The notes beneath the pieces were generated by a model. It searched no databases, was not told the origin of the DNA, and saw nothing but the letters and a program-made list of their open reading frames with translations. A DNA stretch of 64,000 bases from Ascidiella aspersa (taxonomy: Eukaryota), in contig OZ004607.1 in the NCBI GenBank assembly GCA_963924565.1, forward strand, positions 26,598,001-26,662,000, read 5' to 3'. Below are positions 25,413-38,494 of the stretch, piece by piece (positions within the stretch are counted from its first letter, which is position 1; each line of letters starts with the position of its first letter). A program made the translations under genes and the position numbers.

Positions 25413-28400
25413 ACTTTGTCAACATACAATTCCCGGTCCGGAAGGTTTCTAACAAGCGATCTATGGACCAAATTAAATACAAGCTACGAAAGTGCTGTAC
25501 GTTTTTAGTTGACACGTAGACGTTTCTTCAAACCCTTATCTAGATCTTAATAGGCAAGCGGCGTCGCGACGAAACTGGATGGGAAGCATTGGTCCAATTA
25601 GATCCGCCAATATTTGCGTTCCAGCTAGAAACTGCATGGCGCCCGACGCTTACGAGGAAAAATACGAACGCGATATCCTCGAAGCACTAGGACCGGTAAG
25701 CGATATGGTAGGTGAACGGCGATATATCCCGGACGCCGCTGACTGGCAACAAGCGCGTTTGGCTTTGAAGGGCACCAGCCGACCCTTTCATATGGCCCAC
25801 ACCGGCCAGATGGTGAGAGGAAGGGCGCGCCGAAATGCGACCCGGTGCGGCCCAGCGCTGCGATGTGTTGGGCAAAATCCATAAATATTTGCGTCTCGGA
25901 ACGCGATTCGTCAGACCGTCGTGCCGGCCTTCGCGACGCCACCGCGAACACGAGCAGCGGCACGAGCAACGCAAAGCCCTGGCGTTGCCCGGAGAGGAAT
26001 TTCATTTCGTAATTTGGCGAGAGTCGCTTTTCGTGTCAGATGCCGGATGCCAGGGAAGGCTTGGAGCACTTACAGTGCTTTCTCGGCACGATACCGCGCC
26101 GATTTGTCCCCTGCGTCGTTCGCCCTTTTTCCTCGTACTTTTTCACCCCATGGAATCAGGATGTAAAATACATTTATAGCCAAACAAAGAATTTCCGCAC
26201 AAACCATTGCGAATAAAGTGAAGTAAAGTGCCTTGTCGTCCACATTGTCCGCGCATGTTCTTTCTTGTTGAAATCGATTTCACCTTTATAACAGGCCACT
26301 TTGTTTGCCGTGGCGCTTTGGCGTTCGAGTGAGTAACGTCATTACACCGTGTCTTCTCGCCCAGACAATGCGAGGTGCAAGACTGCACATTATCGCACCT
26401 CTGTTTATAAATATTGTATGACGTATTTAAAAGATGGTCCTGATTGACGAATACCAGGCATAACCCAACGGGCGGCGTCGTAGATCGGCGGGAAGACGGT
26501 ATCAATTCACTCAAAACACTGTTTTAGTGTTTTTTGTTTAACTGACATCCAAGTTATTTGTTTGGCGATGGGCTTGGCTGTAGTTTGTAAATTAAATATA
26601 AACTCCCATTCGCAAGGTAGCGATTTTTATCAGCCTAGGATCGATGTCGAAAAGGAAGCACGCAAAGCCAATCGAGATGATCTATATTTATTCAGGCATT
26701 GAGAAAATACTGCCATGTCGCAGATGAACCTAAAATAGGGAATGCGACTGACACACGATAACAGAAGTGCCTAATTTACTGTATATTGGAATTTATTCCT
26801 TTGTCTGATCTAAAAAATGGTATACCAAACAAACGTTAGGCCCTTTGCCTTTATAATACCTATTGTAAAATAGAGTATTATGAATATGTTGATGAATTTG
26901 TGCGCCCATTCATGCAAAAATTGCACATCTGGTGGAAAAGTTGGGAAAACAATGAGTTAGGTCAATATGGAAGAATTGCATTATTTTCCCGGATGAATTC
27001 TTGTGCATTTCAACCCATTTTAAGCATTCGATGCAAATCGCATTGAAACTTGTTGTGATAAACGTAAAGGAAGCTGGAATACTTTCTCTGGGCACCAGTT
27101 ATGTTAATGATTTAGATAAAATATTGTTTATTTGACATGGTTTTTCGATAAATCTTGGAAGACTCGGTATAGAGAAATCTATTTTTTACGTTTCAAAGGC
27201 AATAAAGCTTTTGATTTGTTGTTGTAGTTTTTATTAGATAACCATGTTTTCCTTAAAAATGTTGTGAATTCGTTAATCCTTGCTACAAATATGAGTTTGT
27301 CGTTTCACGGAAGCCAGGCAGACATACATGTTGCTTTGCCGGGTTTATCACAATTAGCTAGAAGCTTGTTTGTTGGGAAAACATGACAGCAATTTCGCGC
27401 TTAACTTGAAGCTCCACAGCACAGAACGGAAAAGTGGCCCGACGTTGAACTTTTAAATCGCGGATTTTCAATGAAATAGTACGATCGACAGATTTTCTAC
27501 TAAGTATCTTGAAACAGCTGAAAATGCGACCAGGCGCGAATTGCTAAAATGCTCGAATCGCGACGTCGTATGTGCAAAGTGTGTAGCCTGATTTGTTGAT
27601 GTCACCAACAACGAAAGTGATATATAGGAATTGTTTGCAACGCGGTTTTAGTAAATTTTAAAACTTACAATCCGCTAGCTGCTTTGCGTTTATTACATAT
27701 AATAAAAAGGGTAGAGCACCATTAGCAACTGATTCCTATCAAATGTTTGATAACACAAAAAACAGCTAATGGGTCAGTTTAAATTCTGAGAAATGTTACC
27801 TGTCTTTTGATACGAATAGTTTCATATTTTTCTTTCACTTTTTGATCTGAGCTTTTATCGGTTCAATTTCGAGAAGTGACAATCCAGCCGACAAACCTGA
27901 AGATCTGAATAGAAAAACTCACCTTACAACAGATTTTGAAAAGAAATATGTTAGTTTCCTCACTATTTTGTCCCTTCAATCGTTTAAATTCATTTCGCAG
28001 TTGGTATTCAGCACGTCGTTTCATCATTTCTCCAAAGACCATGTTTGAAGCGCCAGTCGATATCGTGCGATAATTTCGCTTCGCTCATGCCATTCCAGAA
28101 CCTTGTTCTCAAAGTTAATTGCCTAGTCGCGGTCGGACAAGCGCGATACTATCGAAGCTAGGGCCAATCGATGTCCAAAACAAAAAAGCACGGAAACGAC
28201 TAAGAGGGGGAAAGGTAGGGACTAATTTTTGTTGCTTGAATTTCCTTGTGTTGTGTTCCGCTGACCGCCACACCCTGAATTGCTGTCGACAAAACAAACA
28301 TAAGTGTACCGATCCTGCGCCTGGTATGATCGACTGTATATGTACTTTTCCCGTCCATTAGACCACCCAATTATACGCCAGTTTGACGTTATTGCGCGAT

Positions 28401-31400
28401 CATCGTTCCATTGATTATTGTCCGATCTAAATTTAATCCATGATTGGTGTCATTTGGTCTTTCTAATATCCGGGTCGGTAGGGTTGTTTCCTCGTCGTCT
28501 GTCCGAATAGCCGGGAATTGCTGGTGTGGGTGCAGCAATTTCGTTTTCTAGCGAGCGATTTTAAGCAACATGCCGCGATAGATTGGTCCCAGGCAACCCG
28601 CTTAGCCCGGGCTTTCACGAAAATTACGAAAGCGCAATCTCATCGTATCGCGTCTATTGGTTTATTGGACTTGCAATTTAAACCGCGAAATTGCCTGTGA
28701 ATGCGCACGGAGAAATGCCTGAGCGTGAAAAATACTTTTGTTACAGTTGTTAAACAGCAATTGGCTGTAGCCCACTTGCAGTTGCTGTTTGTTTTCGTAG
28801 CAGCGTCACGTTTAACTGCTGAAAGTCGCGGTAGTTGATATTTTTATCCTTTCAGTTCGTATGTTTGAGTTGCCTTTACTTTAATGCAACTTACGGAGCG
28901 AAGACGGCGTACATTTGTAATATATTATGCGTTAACTCAATTTAGTTTTTAGGATATATTGTTTTTGGCATAAGACTACCCAGTCTAATTATTGTCATTA
29001 TTTTATGCGCAAGTCTGTCCTAAATATAATTCAAAAAAGCAAATATGGTTTGCAGTTTATTTAGTGTTATTTATAGATGCGCTTTTCTGAAATACTGCAC
29101 GTGCCACCTTTAAAATGTAGAAAACCGTGTTATGAAACAGCAAATGGCTTAAATTTTTTATTGATCCTTAAAACACTATATTTTACATGACTCTTTGTAC
29201 ATTAGAGTTATGAAGAGTGGGCCCCACCTTACTTATCGGTGTTACTGAACTATGAGCTGCGTAACATTCCATCAGAATTCTAAACACTGGGTGCATTTTG
29301 GGCAATAGAGTAAATCCCGTATATTCATGGATTACAAATTTTAGTTCGATTTTAATTGCCGGCTTGGGGCATATAAGAGGGATGTGGTCTTCGGCCTGTA
29401 ATGCGATTTCGATTCGCCACTCACAGGTTTTTAAAGTATTGGCGTATTCGGTTTAAAACTCAATTACTGAAAGAATGGTCCCGCGTCGGAGCCCGAACCG
29501 AATCGGAGCGAAATCCGATTTAAGTAAGTGCAAATCGAAGAATCGTGTTTGCGGTGCTATCCGGTCCAATCCGAAGTGCGTTTTAAGGCCGCGGCGCCTC
29601 GCTCTACATTCCAAGTCGTTTTTTGAAGTCAAGCTCAGCTACACAGCAACAGCAGCAGCGTCGGCCCGTGTAGCGGAGAAAGCCAGGGAGATTTGCTCGA
29701 CTGGCTGCTCGAACATATCGCGAAGATTCGTTCGACGATGCGCCAGTGAGATTAGATACGAGGCCTGGGGGTCGGTTGCAGGCCGAGTTTCCAGCAACAA
29801 GGCGGCAGCTGCCCGATTTGTAACGCAAGCGCCTTGTATCGAGTTGCGCTTGGCGAGCGCGACAAATTGGGGTGACGGCGGCGGCGCACTTGTTCGTACT
29901 AACCCGCTTATTACTGTCGAAGCGGCCGCCAGCGCTCTCTCGTTCGCTTGTTCAGTCGCCGCCCGGCCGTTAGTCTGCTTCTACGCGCTTGTTGCGATGG
30001 TCGAACGACTAGCTATAACATAGCATAGGCCTGAGATATGCGGGACACCAGTTGTAGTCGACCGCCTTAAGATAGGTTAAAAAGACGCAGCTAAGTACTG
30101 TTCTGGGCCGTTGCACTATTAGAAAAGCGGTATTCGATCGTACCGGACAGTTTTATGGAAAACAGTGATAAAAGCTTTTAGTTGTTGTTTGTATGATTCA
30201 TGGTGCCATGAATTAATAGAATATTCATGTGTATCTATAAGTTTCGTAGGGCATCATATGGAACAGTGTAGACAGTGTATTGCTAAGACACTTAAACATA
30301 TTTTTTGTCGTTATTGTAGTTCAAGGAACATATAATGTGTCACAGATTATGATAGTCAAATGCAGCACCAAAAAAAAAACTTTCCGTGTCGTAGCGCAGT
30401 AAGAACTTATTTCAATATTGAAATTGCCTTATAATAAGATTTTGTGCCGTACATTAAAGATTGCTGTCTTTACCAAGCATTATTGTAGTCTTTCAAATTT
30501 TAAAGTATGCCAACACCTCAATAGGAGACCATTGGAGTTGGTACGCTCTAAAAGCGCTATTCAAATATTTTCGGACTACTTAACGAGCGATAATTTGCGC
30601 CGGGCTAAATTGGCCTAGGTCAGTGGAAATTAAACCTAATCGGGGCAAAGTCGGGTCGGGCGCCGTTCCATTATCGAGGAAGATGCCTGCCGATAATGTA
30701 CACCTTAAGTCCTGTAACGGAAAGACACGGCCTGGGAAACGAGAGACTCAGGAACGAGTGGCCGACCTTTGGGACTGTATGCCACAACCTCACAGGGAGA
30801 GAGGGCAGTTGAAGGTTGCGAAAGCTGCGTTTAGGATAAACGCCGAATGTGTTGTACCCGTAATTAGATCGGCTGTTTTTAGCAACGCCCACGTGTGGTT
30901 TTTAGGAGGCTGTGACTCGCAACTTTAACTCCTTCGTAGGTTGTTATATATGGTTTGGCCCTCGCTGGGCTTACGGAACAAACAGGTTATTTTTTATTGT
31001 TAATAATTTTTTTATTTAATTTTAAGGAGGAACAAGTTAATTTAGTTGCTGTGGCCAATAATATTAAATTTTAAGTTGGTTTGGTTGAATCTGTATTTAA
31101 AAGAGCCTCAACCAAACTTCCCCCAACGTTAGTAACAGTATCTGCGCCACATTTAAAATATTTCTGATTGACGCTGAGCTTACCGCTTTCTAAGCCGCGC
31201 TTCGGAATTCTGTGACCTATGGTTCATGCTTGCACTGACGCGAAACGCACTTTTAAAGAGATACGCGCAGTAACAAGATTCTAGCACAGCAGTTTGCTGT
31301 CAGCAACAACTGAGAAAGTCCTATTACAAAGAAGAAAGAAACTTTTATATAATGCAAATAGGACGAAGCGAATTTATTCGGGGCGCCGCTAAATTTCCCA

Positions 31401-34400
31401 CCCAACTGCTAGTTAGGGTGCCATTTGCATCGATCACTGTCGCGAAGAATTAACCGTCAATTTGTGTCGGCGCTAAATCCCACTCGCCCCCGTCGCTTCT
31501 ACTCGCATCGATCTGCGACCCCTCCCCCCGACATGTCCCCACTCAGCGACCATGACGTCACTAGATTGACGTTTTATATGCCGCCGTTTGTCGTGACATA
31601 ATGTTTGACAAGCACCTTTATCCGCTTTTACTGCCTAAAAATAGAAGAAAGGCGCGCTGACAAAAACAATGTTTACAGGCAGTTTGTTGTTCCTTCGCAT
31701 ATATACCTGTGGCGTAGCCGCTATATTGTTTTAAGGTTAAACGACATCTATAGGCAGACAGTGAAGGTAGGACAGATGTATATAGGCGGGTCAAAACAAA
31801 GCGCCAGAGCGCGATTTGCGATGCGGTGTCTCATATACATATACATCAGCGAATGCGAGGTTGCTTTCCGCCTAACATAAACATCCTGACCAGGTCGTCT
31901 CGCGTTTAGAGCGCGCCCTGTCCGCGTAAGCCCGTCTACTTGAGACGGGGGATAATACCACCGTCGTTCCAGGGTAATAGGAGCGCGCGGTAATGGGGTC
32001 TCACAAATTATCGAGCGCACAGTGCTACATAAATACGCGCATAGAGACAGCAGCAGTAACTGCCGTCGCTGCCTTTCCCACTTAAACACTTTGGTCGTTT
32101 CGGCGGCGGCCCGAGCTGCTCGCGATTTTACGGTTTATTGTCGTGACCGGGGCGGTTGTTTATTTTTGCTTGCAACTGCGAAAATGCACGAAACGACCAC
32201 GATCGCCGCTCCCGAGTTGAAATTTCGCTATTACGCCGCGTAGGGCAATTGACTCGCGATCCTTTTACAATCGCGCGACGCTCGGCGCCCGACGAGCCAG
32301 TGTTTTGTTGTTCTCAACGACGACGCCCAAAACTCTGCGCATGCGTCTCCCATTTATTCGCCTTTCGTACACAGCTCCTCGTCGCAAGGCGCTCTAGCAC
32401 AGTCGAGATCGAACAAGTAGATTACAGGTCGTGCAATTGCGTAAATACAAGACTTCGATTTGTTTGGCGTTTCTCAGCGCTCGCGAAAATTACTGCACGG
32501 TGAAAACATTTTTTATCACAAACTGAAAAGATTTTATCACAAAACTAAAAAGTGGCTTTCAAATGACCGTACGTGTCGCAGTACAGTAGGTTTTGCTGAA
32601 CCCCGCGTACGCAACGTTTTTACGAACAACACGTTATATCCCGAATATCGAAAATAGATCCACAGCGGCCCAAATTTAAACAGCAAATTGTCTGGGAAAC
32701 ACCGTCATCTGACAGCATTAAGACCACGCCGCGGCGGCATTATACAGCAAAAGATCTCGAAATACCCGTATAATTTGCATTTGTGCCGCTCCGCGGCTAG
32801 TTGGACTAAAAAATTGATGTCGCAATGACATCACCATGGCGACAACCTGTTCGGACTGAACATCGTCTACATGAGCGCAGCATGGTAAGTTCCGTCGTTT
32901 AAGGGCTGTACCGCACTCTGATGGGCTTGGAAAACAACCCAAGACGGATTGCTATCATCGAACTGGTGTGTTTATAAGATCAAACAGCCAGGGCCAGCGT
33001 CAGGTTCAAGTAGCAGAGGGGCTGGTTAATACGCAGAGGGGCGCGGATCCTTTGACGGGTCTTCGTCTCATTAAACCTACAATGGCAGTTGTCGATAGCG
33101 TGAGATAGGACAATCTGAGAGTTTTCCTCATGGTGGTTTGGGAACTGTTGCTGTATCGTCTTTGCGAGATAGCCTGCCTTGTCTCTCCTTCGTTGCCCTT
33201 CAGGTAAGATTATGTCAACGCCATTTTTCAAAAAGTTTTCTTGCGATCAATTTTCGTCAACAGTGTCATATTTTGCATCGCTTTAAAATACGCTGTTTTT
33301 TTACCGCTCATAAACAATTAAAATTTATATTTATTAATCAGTGTATCGGCATGCGGATGTTTATGAGCGAAGGAAGGTCTCGGTCACGGGTCACTACTCG
33401 CGCGAGCTGATTGGGTCGACCATGTGAAAGAGTCCCCGTCGGGCGGGCAGCGTCATTTCGCCTGGGAACCCGCTGTCGCGATGACCGCCACATTGTGACG
33501 TCACAGAGCGAAATGACGCGACGCCATCGAGCGTAAAATCCCTATCCCTTTCTGCCGCGACGGAGACCAGGCTAGCAGTGGCTAATAACTGTTTATAAAA
33601 CCGTTGGCGCGAATTCGGCAGCCATAGTTTTGTTTTACCCTTTTCTTGAGGATAGCAAATTCCACAGGCATTTGAAATAACGGTGCAACTATATGTCGTG
33701 CAACTGACTGTAGTCAACAGCTATGCTTGTAAAACAGATACCCGTGAAAGTAGTTTACACTCATAAGCATCAGCTGGTGATGTGGTGTCGACAGAAGTGC
33801 AGGCCTAATTAAGTGATACATTTGTTCAGTTCGGCGAACTTCGACTGGCAATTTCTCTTAAACTGCGCCGTGTACTAAGAAAACTAGGCAGTTCGCAGGC
33901 ATCACTTGTGAAAACCCATATGCATGTTTTGCTATCGTAGGTTAACTAAAAAAAAAGGCTGGTTAACTAAAAAAAAAGATTTTGCTGCTTCGCTTTCAAG
34001 GTTTGACAAATTCGTAAGGAAATCTTGTTAGTTCACATCTCCACATTATACATAATTTAATATTGTGAAATAACACGGTGTTTAAAGATGAGAAACGGAG
34101 ATTCTGTTTTCATTGTGGTAAACGTCTAGTCTATACAACCGACCAACTTGCATTTGTAGTTCGGTTTGATATTGGTTTACGAGTTCTAAAGTCTATTTAA
34201 CTACAAAACGCCGCTTCAGGTTCTGTTCGCACCAACAGCCGAGTCAAGTAAAGGAAAACCTAACACTAAAACGTAAGGAATGGCTCAGCTGCGTATCGCT
34301 GCTGTGTGGTGGTTTCCGCCTTCCCGCCGAGGGAAACTTCGCGTGTAATTTCACACCAACTCATGCACGGATCGGTACTTTCAAGATGGGTTGCTGGTGT

Positions 34401-37400
34401 TTTTCCCTTGGTACGCATGTTAAACTTCATCAAAGAACGCCGTTACGTAAGATGTACAGATAGGTATTCGCATCCGGCGCATGAATCAAACCCAAGGCTA
34501 CAGCAGCAGCAATTTAGACGTTATAAATTCAAGCGATGGTTTAACTTCAAATTTCAATCGAGCTTGTCTCAGAGACTGTTTCGGGTTTATACCGACGCGC
34601 GAAATTGCTTTTGCCAACAGCATAAGCTGATTTTTAGAGCGCGACCAATTTAATTACGACGGTCGTCGTTCGGCGCGCGCTTTAATGCCGCCGCTGCTGT
34701 TGTCGCTGCCAGCCCACTGCCTGTCGATTTCTCGCATCTCGGCGAAAGTCGTACCCCGCCCGGTCCGCAATAAAACCGCCCCTCTCATCGCGCACGACCA
34801 ACCCGATTATGACGAAACAATACCGCCAGCACTGCTCCGCGGACCTCTTATTAATATTTTAGTCCCGAGATCGCCCGTAATACCGAGGAGCGGGAAATGG
34901 GAAACTGTGCGACGACGACGACAATGTTTTTAGTGGCGCTTCCAGTGTGCCACGTCACGAACGCCGACGTCGCCGATCGGCAGCAATCTCGTCAGAAAGA
35001 AGGAGGTCGCGTCCTTACTGCGCAATAAACGTCGGCGCGATGCAATTATCCTTCCCCGGAAAGTATTAGGGGAGGGGGTCGGGGAAATGTCGAGACCGAA
35101 ATGCATCGGGCCTTGCGCGCCGCGCACGCAGGCGAACGAGGTCAGTTCACCGCCAGCAGTGGCTTTTGCGCGTCTGTCGATTCGCTAAAAGGTTCCGTCC
35201 CTTGTTTTTGTTGTTGTTTTAAACCTGCGATTCGGGACGTTAGTGAAAGCTGGTGGACGGCTGCGAATGCATTAGACGTATTTGTATTTGTCCGCCGACT
35301 GATTAAGTACGTGCTTATGGCTTTTAAGTGACCCGTCAACATTACTTACACTCAATACGGTGTATATTATTTCGATATGGTTATCCGACGTTTCGCGCAA
35401 AACTAAAAGCGTCCATGATCGAAATGTTCGCCAGTTTGCAAAAACACATATAATGCAGTCGTTTATAATTTAGATAGATAAGATTTTAGCCGACGCCGAA
35501 TATTAACTACGTGAGTAGGTGAATAGTTCAGCCAGTTCCAAAAGTAATGTCGAAATTTCCCATATATTTGAAATGTACTGTGAACGCCCACAAGGTTATC
35601 ACCAATTAAACGTGACACTGGCCACTGGCCAAGTTCATAGCAGGATCTTAAATGGTTTGTGAATCAAATCTAAAAAGCGTCATGTGGTCCAAAAATCTCG
35701 ACGCGAATCGCCTTTTTGATACCAGGATAAATGCGGTGCAAACCTTGGAACACTGCCTAGAACTAAGTTGGACTTGCTAGGACATGCAGTGGTGTGTGTG
35801 TAACATGGGCTTAGGCTTGTCGCAACTTTTAGCAGGTAACAGAAGTCTCGAGCTTGCCTAATAAGGTCCTCGTTTCGCACCGAATTAAAAGTGATTGATT
35901 GCAGACGCCGATATTATTAGCCCAACAGGGTCACTCATTATGGGAATGCATTCGCGCGACTTGGTCTGCGGGTTGGAAAATGGTCTGGCAAACAACACAA
36001 TATAGGCACTAGGCAGGCCAAATGGGTAGGTTAGAAGAAACGTACTTCCAAAGTTAGTTCCTTCAACTGCGAGTGCGACAGTTACCAGTATTGGTGGTAT
36101 GATGCTTTTTTGACGGCTACTTTCGTAAATTAGTCCCTCGTTTCGCTCACGATTAGGGCCAATTGTCCCGCCAGCAGTCCGGTGGCATTAAGAAAACAAA
36201 AGCGGGCCTGGTTCTTTGCAGATGTCGTTGGCCCTTCGCTGTGCATAAAGCCAATAGAACAAGTGGTGATTTCACTTCGCACGGGATCGGGTCGTGGACG
36301 GCGAGTCAGCGCGAACAAAAACAATGTAATTTGGCGCGCGCTCACAAAGCCGCATGTGACTCTGCTCTGCGTTCTAATCCGTCACAGTAGAAACAAAGGG
36401 CCTCGCACCGCAATAAAGCATGCAGCGCAGTCCTACGACCGCCATTTTGCCGTTGCCGACCAGACCGCAATCTGGAGTAATGGAATTTCAATGGCACACT
36501 GCTGCCTATTTGAGCGCAGTGAAAAGGAAGGCTGCAAGACAGGGGTTTTAGGTCGGCGCTGTTGACGTCTTTAGCTTTTCAATTGAGACTGCGCTCGAGC
36601 ACGAACGAGCAATGGACGATCGAACGGGCAGCCTAGCAGCTTTGTTCGAGGCGGATTGATTCGGCAAACGCGGCGCCCAACAACAATCTTTCGCATAGAG
36701 CGTTCGATAACCATTACTGGGCCTCGATCGAACCGAAAAAATTCCGTTTAATTCCGACCAGGCTCCGGGCGCTGAGAATAGCACTTCGTGATTCCAACCG
36801 TGGTGGACTGTGCGGCAGCTGCGCAGTGGCAACTAAAGCTTGTGGCGTGTGAGGTTGCCTTGCTGGAATGTATTGTAAGAGGAAGGTGAGAAAGATAGAC
36901 CAGAACGTCTACCGGTGTCGGTTTGTATTTTGAGTCGCATTGATGAGTGAAGTCAGGAAACTGCGTTTCCTTGCTAGACAGATTGAGTAATGCCATTTGG
37001 CTGAGGAGACGCAAAAACTTTCTTTGTACCTTGGTGGATTACTTTGTCGGTTTGTGGAACTAGCCAGACAGCACATTCATTTATCTTTAAACCTGTACTA
37101 TAGCTTTTTGTCACATTACACAAGACTAGCAGCTTAAATGGTTAAACTTGCGAATCAACAGTCGTAGACTATCGTAGAGGTATCCAGAGTTAACTACGTA
37201 TTTTTAATTCATGTATTAATCAGTTGAGACTATGGGTAGGTAACAACCGCATGAGCCATTAAGATTATTGAATGGCGCTGTATTGCTTTGCATATTTCGG
37301 GCACGACAGCACCTATTTGACGATGCGTGTATCATATATCGCTGGCAGCAACAACAAGTTCGTGATTGGTGCTCGTATTTTTTGATGTAATTAAATTGAT

Positions 37401-38494
37401 TCGAGTGGAACAAACCATCGCGACAGCTTGTCCAGTGGAGAACAGAAGGCGTTGTGGTACTTGTAGTGTTTAATAACTGCGTTGGGCAGTCGCTGTTGTC
37501 GTTCAATGGCGCCCAGTGGTCCCGCGACAACAAAGAGCTTTGTCCCAGCGGCCCCCCAAAAATGACGTGTACGCGACGCGGTCAGGATTGGCACTGCTAT
37601 TACCGAAGTGCTGTGGCGTTCTCATTGCGCTGATCAAAGCAGCGCGAAAGGTGATTACAAGGGCGTTCTGCCAGGCACGTCGCGCCTGCTGGCTTATGAT
37701 GCCGTGCTCGATCGGGTCGAGACTACGAACGAACGACGACGTCGTTGCTGCTGCTGTCGTGAATTTTTAAACGACAAAATTACTCAGTCCGAACACAGGA
37801 CAGCGAGAAAATTTAGCCGCGCTGAGAGAAGATGAGCGGAAAGCCGGCGCGATAGCCGATCGAGTGCCAAGAGGCCGACGCTTCCAATTACACGATATTG
37901 TCCGGCCGCTCTCCCACAGGCCCACGACAAGTCGTAATCACCACGGAGCGTCCCGTTGTAGACAACGACCGCCGGTCGTGTATTTCTCGGCTGTACAGTA
38001 CATTCGATGCACCATAGCCAGACAAGGCAGTATAAGGCGCGACCAACGCCGCCTTTAAAACATAATTCCTTCAATCGATGCGCAGCAGCTTTAGTTCTCA
38101 ATTTCCTGTGATGGATCGCTGGAAAATACGGCGACCGCATTCAGTTGTTCTCAAATTGCACGGGCTGTTTTCTCTACACGAGTAGCGGCCGTTGCACTTT
38201 ACAGTGTTATCGTTATTGTGGGTATAAGTCTAAACGTTAGGTTCAAGCATAAGGCATTTTTAAACAAACATTTTTTACATTTTTTTGCATACCTTTCAAG
38301 CTATATGTGTAAATTCCAACCATTAATTTCTTTGTTTAGCTTAGTCAGGCCAAAGTTAGACAGAGTGTAGCTTTTGTTTTACCTTTTTTTAGACATTTTC
38401 TAACCCACTGTATTCTTTCCACCAGAGCAGCCCTTCGCAAGGTGTAAATAATACATTAGGGCTGTATCGCTGAAATTGACTTTGCACTCATACG

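Noticed and set aside
29475-30023. 182-aa ORF and similar short overlapping ORFs across 20-42 kb
   Set aside because: Arg/Ala/Ser/Cys-rich composition typical of GC-rich non-coding DNA, with no recognisable motifs or consistent exon phases.
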